Shown one piece after another: positions 1-11,955 of a DNA stretch of 64,000 nucleotides. Position 1 is the stretch's first letter. Each line of letters starts with the position of its first letter. A program made the position numbers and the translations under genes. The stretch is from Eledone cirrhosa. Lineage: Eukaryota. The notes beneath the pieces were generated by a model. It had not been told where the DNA came from and made no database searches. It worked only from the letters and a program-made list of their open reading frames with translations. The DNA is taken from contig OZ024741.1 of NCBI GenBank assembly GCA_964016885.1, positions 283,278,001 to 283,342,000 on the forward strand, written 5' to 3'.

Positions 1-2330
1 CTGAAATTGACACAAAATTGACAGAATTATTTAACGACCTGTTAGAAATAGCAGTCAAATATTTCCCCCTCGCTACTTTTTAAAACAGTGATCGTCACGA
101 CTGTAATGCCATTGACCAACATATGACGTTGTTTTGGTTGCTCAGGTCTGATTTGAAGATAAAAGTAAATAACAGCAATATCTATCTACATTGTAATTCC
201 ATTTGCTATAAATAGCAGCCAAATTACGAATTGCGAAGGCCAATTAGCTGTGACACATGTAACGTAACCTCTTGTATGTTATCTTCGTAGTAAGAGATTA
301 ACAGAATGTTTTTCAGTTTTTATTACATTTTTACATCTAGGCTTATAGTTTATGTAAACATGTCTACATACATCAAATTTAACCTATATTTTCTAACATA
401 CGCTATGTTGTGTATATAAGTGTATTGCTCCTTTTCGGGGTGCAAACGTTCAGAATTTTCTGACATGAAATTTTTTTTGGGGGGAGGGAGCTGCTCTCCC
501 GCCATTATGCCACTGGTTGTGCATAAATATATATTATTTGATTTTCTCGGCGGAGCTCTTCTGCTAGAGAACGGATCGCAGGTGGCAGATAGCGATGCGG
601 CCACCAGATATGATGGCTAGTTGCAATATAAGCGGGAAACTGCCGGACCAACAACGGTAAAGTACTAGGGGAGATGGAGCAATGGGTGACACCTGTAGCT
701 TCCCAGAAAGCTCTCACAACCTAGTGACGTAGCTACGACGAGGCAAGTAAAGGCTGCCTAAAAAGAAGCCTTGTCTTTGCGGGTTTGACAAAATACCAGC
801 TTCGTGACTGGCGCGAATAAGACTGTACAGCTACCGGAAATAACATCTGTTCTTACCAGTGAAATAAACAACTCTTCTATCTGCTTATCTAACTACCCCA
901 CCCCAGTGAAACAAACAACCCTTAAGCCACCAAAATAAAACGCCTACGCAGCGGCTAAATATCAAACGATTATTTTTGTATAAATAGAGTGGTTCCAAAC
1001 ACTTTCAGCAGTCGACCTTTAGCAAAGTCAGCTCGCGTATCGTTGTTCCTCTCCCCTGCCACACTTGTCGCTCACATACGCCTTGACCCTCTGTATTGTC
1101 GCTTCATGTATGAAAATAAATAGTGAACGAAACTACATCTCTTGCCTACTCGTCCTTTCAACCTCTTCTTTCGTCTGTTCATCCTTACCGTATGCGGTAA
1201 CAGTTCTTTTAAGGGCTATTCTCAGATCCGATCAGAAGTAGTGACCAGACCGACTAACCACGCCGCTACAAGACCACTGAAACTGAAACCGCACCGTCCG
1301 TTGCGCGGCTTAACGAGGGACGCCTTAAGTAGGGGGGGGGCCTGTTCGAAAAATATATTGCAGTTTCCATTTCATGCTGCAAAAACTAGCTATTGGCCTG
1401 CGTCATGTTCTGGAAGGTGTGGGATGGACACACAATGTTTGCATATCCCGAGACCCCAAAGAAAGTCCGAAAAGGAGCAAACCTATATTATTTGAGGATA
1501 TACAAAATAGAGTAAAAGAGATGCAGTAAATCCTTGGTTTAATGAACCCTGATTTAATGGATTTCGCATTTAGCTGATAAAATAATAACTAAAGTAACAC
1601 TGACCTACAGGCAATCTTCACACATACGCGCGCGCATTTGTGTGTCCGAGTGTGACTATGTGTATCTACGAGCATCTGTCAGTGTTTGCGTGTTTGTCAA
1701 TGTGTGTTTGTGCGTGCATTTATGTCAATGTGTGTCCGTGTCTATTTGTCTGTGTGGGTGTTTATGCGTCTGGTTGAAAATTATTCTAACCGTAGCCAAC
1801 GAAGAAAATGCTAGAGAATTTGACTGTTATTTCTAGAGATTTGAAAACCTACCTCATTGGCAAAACGATTTGTACAAGGGAGATAACTTTCACATTTTTT
1901 TCTCTCTGTGTTATTTCTGTGATCTCTTCCTCTCCGCCCACCTATTCATGAGAGGGTCGTGGGGGAAGAGACCTCAAACACACCTTCCAGCGGGTCCCGT
2001 CAGAAGCAACCGTCTCCAACAGATTCGGTTGGATCAGCAAGTGAGACCAACCAAGCTCATATATGTTATACAACCTGACAATTTCTTCTTTTTTTTTTAA
2101 TCAAAAGCTTCCATATTTTTTGGTATTATCATCATTATTGGGTGGTGGTGGTGGGGGGTAGTGTTAGAAAGGACATCCGGACATCAAAACCAAGCCAAAA
2201 CATAGAGTTGAAAGGATTCTTCAGTTGTGTCAAGGTCATAAGAACTTCTCCAGTGCAAGTACCATGGTAAAATGCATCCAACACACTGTTAAATGCTAGA
2301 AAGTATGTATGCAAGGTGAGTGGTTCCGAT

Positions 2331-2379
<49 letters not shown>

Positions 2380-3392
2380 TAGATACAGGATGATGGCTGC
2401 CCCCTCGTTATCAAGTATGACCATTGCACGATATACCATTATTAATAATTATTAATTAATTCTATCGTGCAATGCCTGTGCGTGAAGATATTTTTTAAAG
2501 TAAGGAAAGACTGTGCACTGAGCCAATCCCACTCTCTCAGCGACAGTAGCTATAACCCGAAAAGAAGAAAAGATCAACATCATCGGTAACTACTGAGCCG
2601 CAGGTTTTATGTCGGAGTTATCCCAGTTTCCTGAGATGCCTTCTTCTAGAAGAATGCCCTGACAAAGGTTAGGGCTCCTTCACTCCCAGTGGTTTAACCC
2701 CGCGATCGGGTGTCCAGCCCGACTATTTCTATATCCCCGGGCATATACATACATATGCACCCATGTATATACACATATACATACATATATACATGTGTAT
2801 ATACATATTTACATACTTTTGGATGGCCGTTGACTCATGAGTTCTTCCGCCCTTTTTCGGGTTTTGTTTTTTGTCCTGCAGGGTGTCCAAAATCACCCTC
2901 CTCACCAAGTAAACTTGGTGGAGTTGCCGGTTTAGTCGCCGGCGACCTGATCATGCGACAGGTTGTACTGGGTTACATGTTACCAGTAGCACTCAAGAGT
3001 GGCCCGGCATAACATACATATATACATGCATACATACATATATACATGTTGAGTATGACCATTGTACGATATAACTATTAATAACTATCAACTAATGTTA
3101 TCGTGCAATGCCTGTGCGAGAAGATTTTTTTTTAAGTGAAGAAAGACTGTGCACTGAGCCAATCCTACTCTCCGAGCGACAGTAGCTATAACCCGAAAAG
3201 AAGAAAAGATCAACATCATCGGTAACTATGGAGCCGCGGGTTTTATGTCGGAGTTATCCCAGTTTCCTGACAAGGGCTAGGGGTCCTTCACTCCCAGTGG
3301 TTTAACCGTACGATCGGGTATCCAGCTCGATTTTTTCTATGTCCCCGCGCATATACATACACATGCATACATGTATATATATATACATGTAC

Positions 3393-3454
<62 letters not shown>

Positions 3455-3457
<3 letters not shown>

Positions 3458-6400
3458 ATTTTATAAAATAACCTTCCTGCTCCCTTCTATTCTTCACCCC
3501 CCCCCCCTATATATCGTATACGCGCCTGCTGGTTCTCTCTCTCAATCCCTTCCTTCTCTCTCCAAATATAAAATAAACCTGTTGCGAGGTACGAAACTCA
3601 GAATTTGTCAATCCCTTATTATTTGCTAGACCGCTCGCTCCTCTGTGAAATGTAATGTATAATGCTATTTTTTTCTCTTCTCTCCATCTTCCCCCGGTCC
3701 ATTCATCTATCCGTATCATCGTCCAGAATCCAATCTTTGCTCTTTTTCAATGCTATTCTATAATTCTGTCGGATTGTTCAAAATAATCTTCTTGTATTTT
3801 AAAATCCCATAATTCTTCTCTTATTACTGTTATATGCTTGTTCAATTATGCCCAAAATTCGAGGATTTTATTTAAACCTTCTCGCTAACTACCCCATGCC
3901 CCCATTATTACTTGGACCAATCATAAGTCAGCGGCCTATGCTATCACTTTTTAAGTTTAGACCTGGTTGCCTTTCGATATGATGGATGGACTACGGAATT
4001 CGGGAGAGTCTGAAAAATCTGGACACTCAGTGACAATGCCAAAGATAAAGACAAATTCATCTCATGCTGCCGGACGAGAATGCAAGGACTCCTCCTCTTT
4101 ATTTCGGCCGCGGATGGCCAACATAATCCCATCTCCCTCACCCTTCCCTGCGCCCCAACGTTCCCACCCGCCAAACGTAATTCAAAACTTCAAAGTTGGT
4201 ACCATGAATGTAGGCACCTTAAAAGGTCGCTCTAACGAGGTTGTAGAAATGCTTGAACGTAAGGAGGTTAATGTTTGCTGTATCCAAGAGACCAGGTGGA
4301 GGGGGGGGGGTCTGCTAGATTCATTGTGGGTAAAAAACGATGCTATAAGCTTTTCTGGAAGGGAAATGACAATGGGCTGGGTGGGGTAGGAATCATGTTA
4401 GAAGAAAAATGGGTAGATAAGATAATAGACGAAAATAGAGTGAACGACAGAATAATTAAAATAAGACTTGTCCTAAATAGAACTACTGTGACAGTAATAT
4501 CTGCGTACGCACCCCAATCCGGACTGCCTGGCGTTATAAAAGACAGATTCTATGAGTCATTAATGCTCACTACTTCCCAAATAACCGACAGTGACTATAT
4601 AATTATTGCTGGCGACCTATTTAGGTCAACATTGTGACGGCTATGACGGAATCCATGGAGGCTATGAGTTTGGTACTAGAAATGAGGAAGGCTCCAGAAT
4701 CCTGGAATTCTGTGACGCAAATAACCTAACTATCTGTAACACTAACTTCAAAAAACGAGACAATCACTTGATCACCTATAGATCAGGGGAACATACCAGT
4801 CAGATAGATTATATCCTTACCAGAAGACGTGACAGAGTGTCTGTTGTAAACACTAAATCCCTCCCCCATGAAGAATGCACCTCCCAACATAGACTCATAG
4901 TTAGCGACCTCATAGTCAGGACAAGACGTACTCGACAACAGAGGAGGACTATCCTCAGGAGAAAAATATGGAAGCTAAAGGACCCCACAGCCAGTAATAA
5001 ATTTAAAAGCATATTACTTGATGCTTTTGCCAGTAAGGAAGAGCAATTAGAGTCGTTCAATATAGAGGAACAGTGGGAATTCCTGAAAGCTAACTGAAGG
5101 CGACAGATGAAATCTGTGGCTGGAGCAGACCTATAGGCAGGAGGAGAGTAACATGGTGGTGGAACAGTAAGGTGGAGGAGTCAATCAAGGCCAAAAAGCA
5201 GGCTTGGAAAGTATGGCGGGATGGGGGAAGTAGAGAAGACTATCAAGTGGCCAGGAGGGAAGCTAGGAGAGAAGTGTACTTCGCAAGAAGGGAAGCAGAG
5301 GAAAGTTCAAGCATGTTCTACAACGCAAGGACCAAAAACGTGAGGTGTTCAGGATTGCTAGGCAATGTGTCAAGGAAAACCGTGATATTGTCGGGGAGAA
5401 GTGTGTCCATAATGATGATGGTGTACTTACCATCACTGACGCTGATAAGAAGGTAGCTTAGAAGTGTCACTACGAAAGGCTACTAAATGAGGAGAATAAA
5501 TGGGAGAAAGACAGTCTCCCCCACATCGATCCAATAGAGGGACCAGCAGTGCAAGTTGAAGGTAGTATAATAAGTAAGGCAATCAAAGATATGAAGACGG
5601 GCAAGGCGGCTGGGCCTTCGGAAATAGTTGCTGAAATGCTGAAAGCATCTGGAACGGTGGGACACACTATGGTCACCCGGATAGTAAACCAAGTCATACA
5701 GAATGGGGTCGTACCGAAGGACTGACGTAGCAGCAGCATCATTAACTGCTACAAGGGTAAAGGAGATGCCCTAGGTAGGGGAAACTATAGAGGCATTAAA
5801 TTAATTGACCAGGTCATGAAGGTCACAGAAAAAGTAATAGCGCAACTAACCAGAGAGCGAATTTATCTAGATGAAATGCAGTTCGGGTTTGTGTCAGGCA
5901 AAAGTACCACAGACGCTCTTTTCATTGTACGACAACTACAGGAGTAGTACCTAGCTAAAGGTAAGCCCCTATACTTAGCTTCTGTTGACTTGGTGAAATC
6001 CTTTGACAGAGTCCCACGCCCCATTATCTGGTGGGCTCTCAGAAAACTAGGTGTTGATGAATGGCTTGTGAGAGCTATACAAGCCATGTATAAAGAAACA
6101 GTCAGCAAGGTTAGAATTAACAACGAATATAGTGAAGAGTTTAGCGTAAAAGTTGGTATTCAACAGGGCTCCGTCCTTAGGCCCCTCCTATTTATTATTG
6201 CCCTTCAGGCTATAACAGAGGAGTTCAAGACCGACTGCCCATGGGAACTCCTATACGCTGATGATCCAACGCTTATAGCCGAATCAATGGCTGAACTAGA
6301 GAAGAAATTCCAAACATGGAAGAATGGCCTAGAATCAAAAGGCTTTAAAATTAACCTGTCTAAGACTAAAGTTCTAGTATGTAGTAAGGAAAATAGGGTA

Positions 6401-7505
6401 CTGGTCCCATCTGGGAAATGGCCATGCTCAGTGTGTAGGAAAGGAGTAGGCAGAAATTCTATTTTATGTCCCAAATGCAAAGTATGGGTGCATAAAAGAT
6501 GTAGTGGGATCACAGGTAAGCTAACTAAGAATATAGATTTTATATGTGGCCGGTGCTCAGGTGCAATAAGTAGCAGCAACTGCCCACAGAATACTAGCTC
6601 ATTCCATTGCACAGATGGTTCTATAGAAATAGTGGACACCTTCCGTTACCTGGGTGACAAAATCAGCAGTGGTGGAGGGTGCTCTGAAAGTACAGTAGCT
6701 AGAGTCAGAACGGGATGGAAAAAGTTCAGAGAGCTTATACCACTATTGGCCACAAAAGGTTTCTCTCTACAAATGAAAGGCAGGCTGTATGATGCCCGCA
6801 TACGAACAGCAATGTTACATGGCAGTGAGACCTGGGCATTGTGTGCAGAGGATATACGCAGACTAGAGAGGAACGAAGCTTGCATGCTCCGTTGGATGTG
6901 TAATAGTAATATACGTGAACGGCAAAGCATAAATGAACTAAGTGAGAAATTAGGAATAAGAGGGATCAGATGTTGTTTACTCGAGAGAAGACTACGTTGG
7001 TATGGTCGCGTGGTGCGCATGAAAGACGACAGCTGTATAAAAAAGTGCAGGGCGATAAAAATAGACGGTAGCCACGGGACGACTTGATAAATTCCGACCT
7101 CACATACTTACACCTCTCCAAGACAATGTCACTGGACCGAGATCTTTGACGCTACGCAGTAATACAGAAGACCCGCCTTGCCTAAGTGCAAAGCGAAACC
7201 TACAGTCAGTAGGCACCTCTTACCAAAATACACCTCGTCACTACCACAACATCCAGTCCTAAATAAATGAGGTCGTGTAGGTGTCACGAAAAAAAAAACG
7301 CAGTCCACGCTGTAATGTGGCCGTGTAGGTAACACGGTAAAAACCTCCCAGTCCACAATGTAAACGTGGTTGGTGTAGAAAACCCGCCAGACAGTCCTAT
7401 ACGAGCAAGACAACCAATCTTGCCTCAAGTGGGAAAATTCCCGTCCAAACCCATGCTAGCGTGGAAGATGGACGTTAAACGATCATGATGATGATGATGA
7501 TGATA
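3455..7505 (+). mobile_element. Near full-length, decayed RTE-clade LINE (APE endonuclease + RT with PHD-like insert)
   Basis: APE motifs GTMNVGTL, CCIQETRW, SAYAPQ, IAGDL, QIDYIL, SQHRLIV; RT motifs QFGF..STTDALF, FDRVPR, QQGSVLRPLLF, LYADD; several frameshifts and stops; 3' UTR ending in (TGA)n; flanked by (TA)n. Confidence 0.92.
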
Positions 7506-7720
7506 TATATATATATAAATGGAGAAGAATGAAAGGAAATTTCATTTCTCACTCTTAGTACGGTTGATACCTAAATATAAGTATGTATACGTACATACAT
7601 ATATGTGTACATACTACTGTGCGTCTGTACACATATATGTATGTACGTATACATACTTATATATATATAAAATAAAATAAAATAAGTAAGTCAAATGTTT
7701 AAAATTTGGCTTCATTTATT

Positions 7721-7775
7721 ACTGCTATATATATTTCGGTGACAACCATCTTTGGCTGTGACCTCTTCAGGCAGT
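7721..7775 (-). ncRNA. Type I hammerhead ribozyme, canonical core
   Basis: ACUGC-CUGAAGA-GGUCACAGCCA(AAGA)UGGUUGUCACC-GAA-AUAUAUAU-A/GCAGU: stem I 5 bp, stem II ~10 bp closed by G-C, palindromic stem III, AUA cleavage triplet. Confidence 0.78.
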
Positions 7776-8104
7776 CCGAATTAGTGTGGCAGAGACGAGT
7801 ACACATGTTCTTGAGGTGTTTAACTTTGTCAATACTCTGATATGCCCAGTTCCTGGTTGGGTTGTTATTTCACAGAGGAACTGGAATCATATGAATTTAA
7901 ACAAACGAATTTCAGCGTCAAAGGGCCTCTTCTCCTCTCATTGGTCAGTTGTTAGAACATTCCTCAGTCAAAAGTCTATAGAAATTCGTTCTGAGGCAAG
8001 CCAATCTGTAGTTGCTATTCTTGTTATTGTTAGGTACATCTGACCTCTATCCTTATGTTGGTAGTGGTGTTGTTGTTGGAGTCAGCTAAAAAAAATGATA
8101 AAGT

Positions 8105-8157
<53 letters not shown>

Positions 8158-8236
8158 CGAAGGAAATGTGGTAAGGAACCAGGTGGACCATAACGCACCA
8201 AAGTACTCAATACTTGAGGTAGTAGAGTGGGTAATA

Positions 8237-8348
8237 GGAACCAGTAAGACCCCGACAGCTGAGCTCAAGCCGTTTCGACGGCTAATTCTGGACTAAATGA
8301 AAATTTATCCTGGTATTTAAATAGCCGATCTTCTCAAGGGGTAATTCC
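8237..8348 (-). ncRNA. Type I hammerhead ribozyme with U3-A8 core variant
   Basis: ACCCC-UUGAGAA-GA(U)CGGCUA...UAGCCGUC-GAA-ACGGCUUGAGCUCAGCUGU-C/GGGGU; all three stems pair; GUC cleavage triplet. Confidence 0.75.
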
Positions 8349-9379
8349 ATATATGGTCAAAGTGATTGTCAAAAATCAGTAGTAATTCTGTGGTTGCAAA
8401 TTAGTAGGGGAGATGGTGGCTAAACCTGCCAGTAGGAGAAAGAGAGGAGGGGGTGGAGTAGACCCAATCAAGCGTTGGTAGTGCCAGCTACAGCTGGGCA
8501 TGAGGTCAAAGAAGATACAGGGGAGGGGGAGGGGGAGGAAGTCGGAACGGTAGGTAGAACAATGGGGGGTAGAAATATATAGGAAAGAAAAAAAAAATAC
8601 TGAGAGTGAAGAAAAGCAAATAAGTGTAAAGAAAAAAGTAAAGTAAATTAAATTCTACGACCTAGGTCTCAGGCTATTGTTAGGCTAGAATAAAATAAAG
8701 AAAGAAAGAAAGAAGTAAAGAAAGAAATAAATAAAGAAATAACGAAATAAGTAAAAGAACTAGGTGGGACGGAATAGGAAAGACCCTTTTAAGAGGTATA
8801 AGTACGTAAATGATACGGTGACGGGTCAACAAAAGGGGCCAAAATACTAAAGAGACTACCACGAAATAAACAATAAAGGTTTCCATCCCGGGCCAGCAAC
8901 GACCCAGTGCAGCAAAGTGAACTTGTACGAGATAATAATTCTGAGTCCCGAGAAAAATGTATACTAATGCTAACTCTAAAAGATCTAAAACAAGCTACAT
9001 GAAAGTTCGTACGAAATAAAGGTAGAATACGGAGAAATAAATTCAGAATCCACCCCGCCCAGAAGAAAAGCGAAGCAAGAAATACTGAAACGAAAAAATA
9101 AGGCATAAGTGCCACTAAGAAATATAGAGGGCACAGAGAATAGTGGGAGCGGTCGGAAAAAGGGGGCAAGTATCCGGGGTCTAAGCCAACTGCTATAAAG
9201 GGCGGTTACATGTGAATGTGGCAACACAAATAACAAATGTCCATAATTTTGTATTGTCAATGAAGAGTGGAATAAAGCCTTATAACTTCTTACTACTGTG
9301 AATTAGTTATGTTCAATTTATTCCAATCGTTCTCTTCTCACTCTTTATCTTTCTATTTCATCATTTATTTCTCTTTCTA

Positions 9380-9407
9380 TCTTCTGATAGGGTCCGAAAC
9401 GTTAAGA
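9380..9407 (+). ncRNA. Minimal type I hammerhead motif, degenerate (G8 missing)
   Basis: UCUU-CUGAU[-]A-G(GGUC)C-GAA-ACGU-U/AAGA. Confidence 0.5.
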
Positions 9408-9572
9408 CTCTTTTCCTGTTATTTCAAGCATTATACTAATATATTCCTTCATCGTACTGTGTCGTTTGCTTTGTTATTTCTGTTTATTTTTACACAAACA
9501 CACTCTACTATCCTAAGTATTGAGTACTCTGGTGCATTATGGTCCATCTGGTTCCTTACCACAACTCCTTCG

Positions 9573-9603
<31 letters not shown>

Positions 9604-9947
9604 TATATTTATAATGTTGATAGGGTCTGTCAAATACATAAAGAGAAAAGCGTTCTATGCTGCGAAGTACAGAGCAAGAACATTATAATTATTATCTTTT
9701 ACACCTGGGCGTTGCTATTTCCAGGTTTCCAACTGGGCAAGTGGCTTAGATTGTGCGTCCACACAACCATATGCTTTGTTTATGGCCAACGCTATTAACT
9801 TGAGATCTCGTTGGGTGCTAAGAGGGATAACCTATATGTTAATTCGTTTTTTGCTTTGCATAATGCAAGGGGAATAACTCATGCTAATATAGTTAATAAG
9901 CTATTAAATCAGGGGGAATGACTCTTGCTAATATTATATTTTGTTTA

Positions 9948-10295
9948 GGCGGTGAATTGGCAGCATTGTTACGTCCCTTTACGGTCTGAGTTCAAATCCC
10001 GCCGAGGTTTAATTTGCCTTTCATCCTTATCGATAAAATAAAGTACCAGTAATGCACTGGGTAATTGCTGGCCTTGTGCCAAAAGTAGAAACAATTATAT
10101 TTATTTTGGTGGATTTGCAGTATCAGTAGACGGTCGGACGCCATGCTTTGATGCAAAGAGTTACGTCCCTTTACGATCTGAGTTCAAATCCCTCCGAGGT
10201 TAACTTTGCCTTTCATCCTTACGGGGTCGATAAAATAAAGTACCAGTAATGTACTGGGTAATTGCTGGCTTTGTGCCAAAAGTAGAAACAATTAT
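9948..10295 (+). mobile_element. Tandem pair of a second SINE family; further copies at 13930-14570, 44855-45010, 54880-55100, 55550-56170, 59100-59630
   Basis: B-box gttcaaatcc followed by the conserved body ctttgcctttcatcctt..ggggtcgataaaataaagtaccag. Confidence 0.72.
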
Positions 10296-10559
10296 ATTTA
10301 TTTTGGTGTATCAAGATGTGTATTAGAGTCAAATGCTCATTATGTGTATATATGTTAGTGTGTGTATGTCTTTATACCTATCTTGGAGTGAAGTTCACTA
10401 ACGTGTTTGTGAGTTTGTGATATTACTGTGAAATTGTTTGTTAAGCGTATTGTCATTTGTCAAGGATTGTTTGGGATACATACTGTGTGCACGTCTGTAT
10501 GTAACTATACATATCCTGCTGTGGTGTTTAAGGTGGTTCTAGGTTTGTTATAGTACTGG

Positions 10560-11935
10560 CTCATGTGTTCATATGTGGGCATTTTCTGAACACCCTGGTC
10601 TTACTGTTCAGATATCTTATGGATGACTTCAAGCTCTGTATTTCTCACTAATACAACGCGAACACCTTTCCCCCCTCTAATATAGGGCTTGGTCCTCTGC
10701 AGGATGCTCCATTCTACCTTGTATGGTACGCTCCTGTCTTTAAGCTCCCATACTTGGATAGCCAATGCCCTTATTTTTCTCAAATTTTGATGTTTAAATG
10801 ACACGATATGTGAGTAGTACCGCTGTTTGAAGTGGTCTTGTGTTATGCCCACATATTGTTCATTTGCAGTCAGTTAGCCCATGCCATTTGTTACAATCGT
10901 GGCTTCATAGTCTACTGATCTTGTTGTAGGGGCATTCTTCTTTTTTCCCCGATATGAATATCCTGGGTTGTCCTCTGATGTTCTTTTTGTGTTTATTTTT
11001 TACCTCAATAAAAAGCCACCAGAGTAGCTAACTTTCACCACTTACCTGTTAAATATCTTATTATACATTTGGCAGGGGGGAAGTGCTTATCTATTAGTTG
11101 TAAGGATTTCTACCTATGTTAGTCTTCACTGCTAGGGAGTAGGGTAGTGTGAACCAGAGGATCTTTCTATTTCTATCCTTGGTTTTATTTTGTTGTTACT
11201 GTTTGCTATATATGTAATCTTATCTTTGAAACCACTATCACTAAGTGCTTTATTACAATATGGTGCTGTCTTATTGAAAATTTCTTTAGAGGAAGTCAAA
11301 GTCAAGATTCTATGACTAATGTTAATAGCCAGGTTTATAAATACTACTTCATATATCTAAACTTTTCATTAGGCTTATGGTAGGGTCTATAAGAACCTGT
11401 GGCTAAATCTAAATTGACATCTGAGAAATTTGCATTAGTTAAGTTGGTATCTACAGTTATATTGAGGCTTAATTTATTAAAGGTCTGTATTAGGTCCTTA
11501 CAGAACTTATCTAGGGAATGGCCATTGTTATTATGGGAGTCAGCCAGGCTGTCGTCACAATATAGGCAAATGGTGTGTTCTGGAAATTTCTACTTCAAGG
11601 TATGGAGGATAAATAATTCAACAAAATCACAGTTATCTGCGCTGTCACACAACCCCATCAAGACATCAAAAGTGTACTCCAGGCTTGATTTTTTCACCTA
11701 GGTGGAGTTGGAAGTAAACAATAGTGTTTTTTGGTGTGCATAATTACATCTATTTCCTGGTTAATTGAGCCAAATCTATGGGCAAAGTGTAAAGCTCTAT
11801 TTAAAAGTGCTCAAGAAATAGAGAGGTAAAGGTCTGTAATGTGAAATTGTGAGATCTTAGCTTTATTTTTGTCTGTGATATTGTTAAACCAAGATATTAC
11901 TAAAAACATTAATTCACTGTAATACGTTGGCCTTA
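10560..11935 (-). mobile_element. Decayed Penelope-like element (RT remnant + GIY-YIG endonuclease)
   Basis: YVGITQDHFKQRYYSH..SF...WELK......WSIL....PY..G.K is a PLE GIY-YIG pattern; upstream are WFTLPYS...IDKHFP...KIFNR linker and FDVLMG/LYCDD RT remnants. Confidence 0.75.
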
Positions 11936-11955
11936 CTATATATACATATATGAAT

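Larger units (their letters stand above)
8155..9575. mobile_element. Non-coding element bounded by ~75-bp inverted ends, each preceded by an outward-facing hammerhead (PLE-derived)
   Basis: 8155-8229 is the reverse complement of 9501-9575 (ctact..aagtattgagtact..ggtgc.ttatggtcca.ctggttccttaccaca); (TA)n on both flanks. Confidence 0.6.

Noticed and set aside
520-1345. LTR/TRIM-like segment (TATAAATA, AATAAA, ..TAACA, purine tract before TGT)
   Set aside because: No second matching LTR, clear PBS or TSD could be found in the window; left uncalled.
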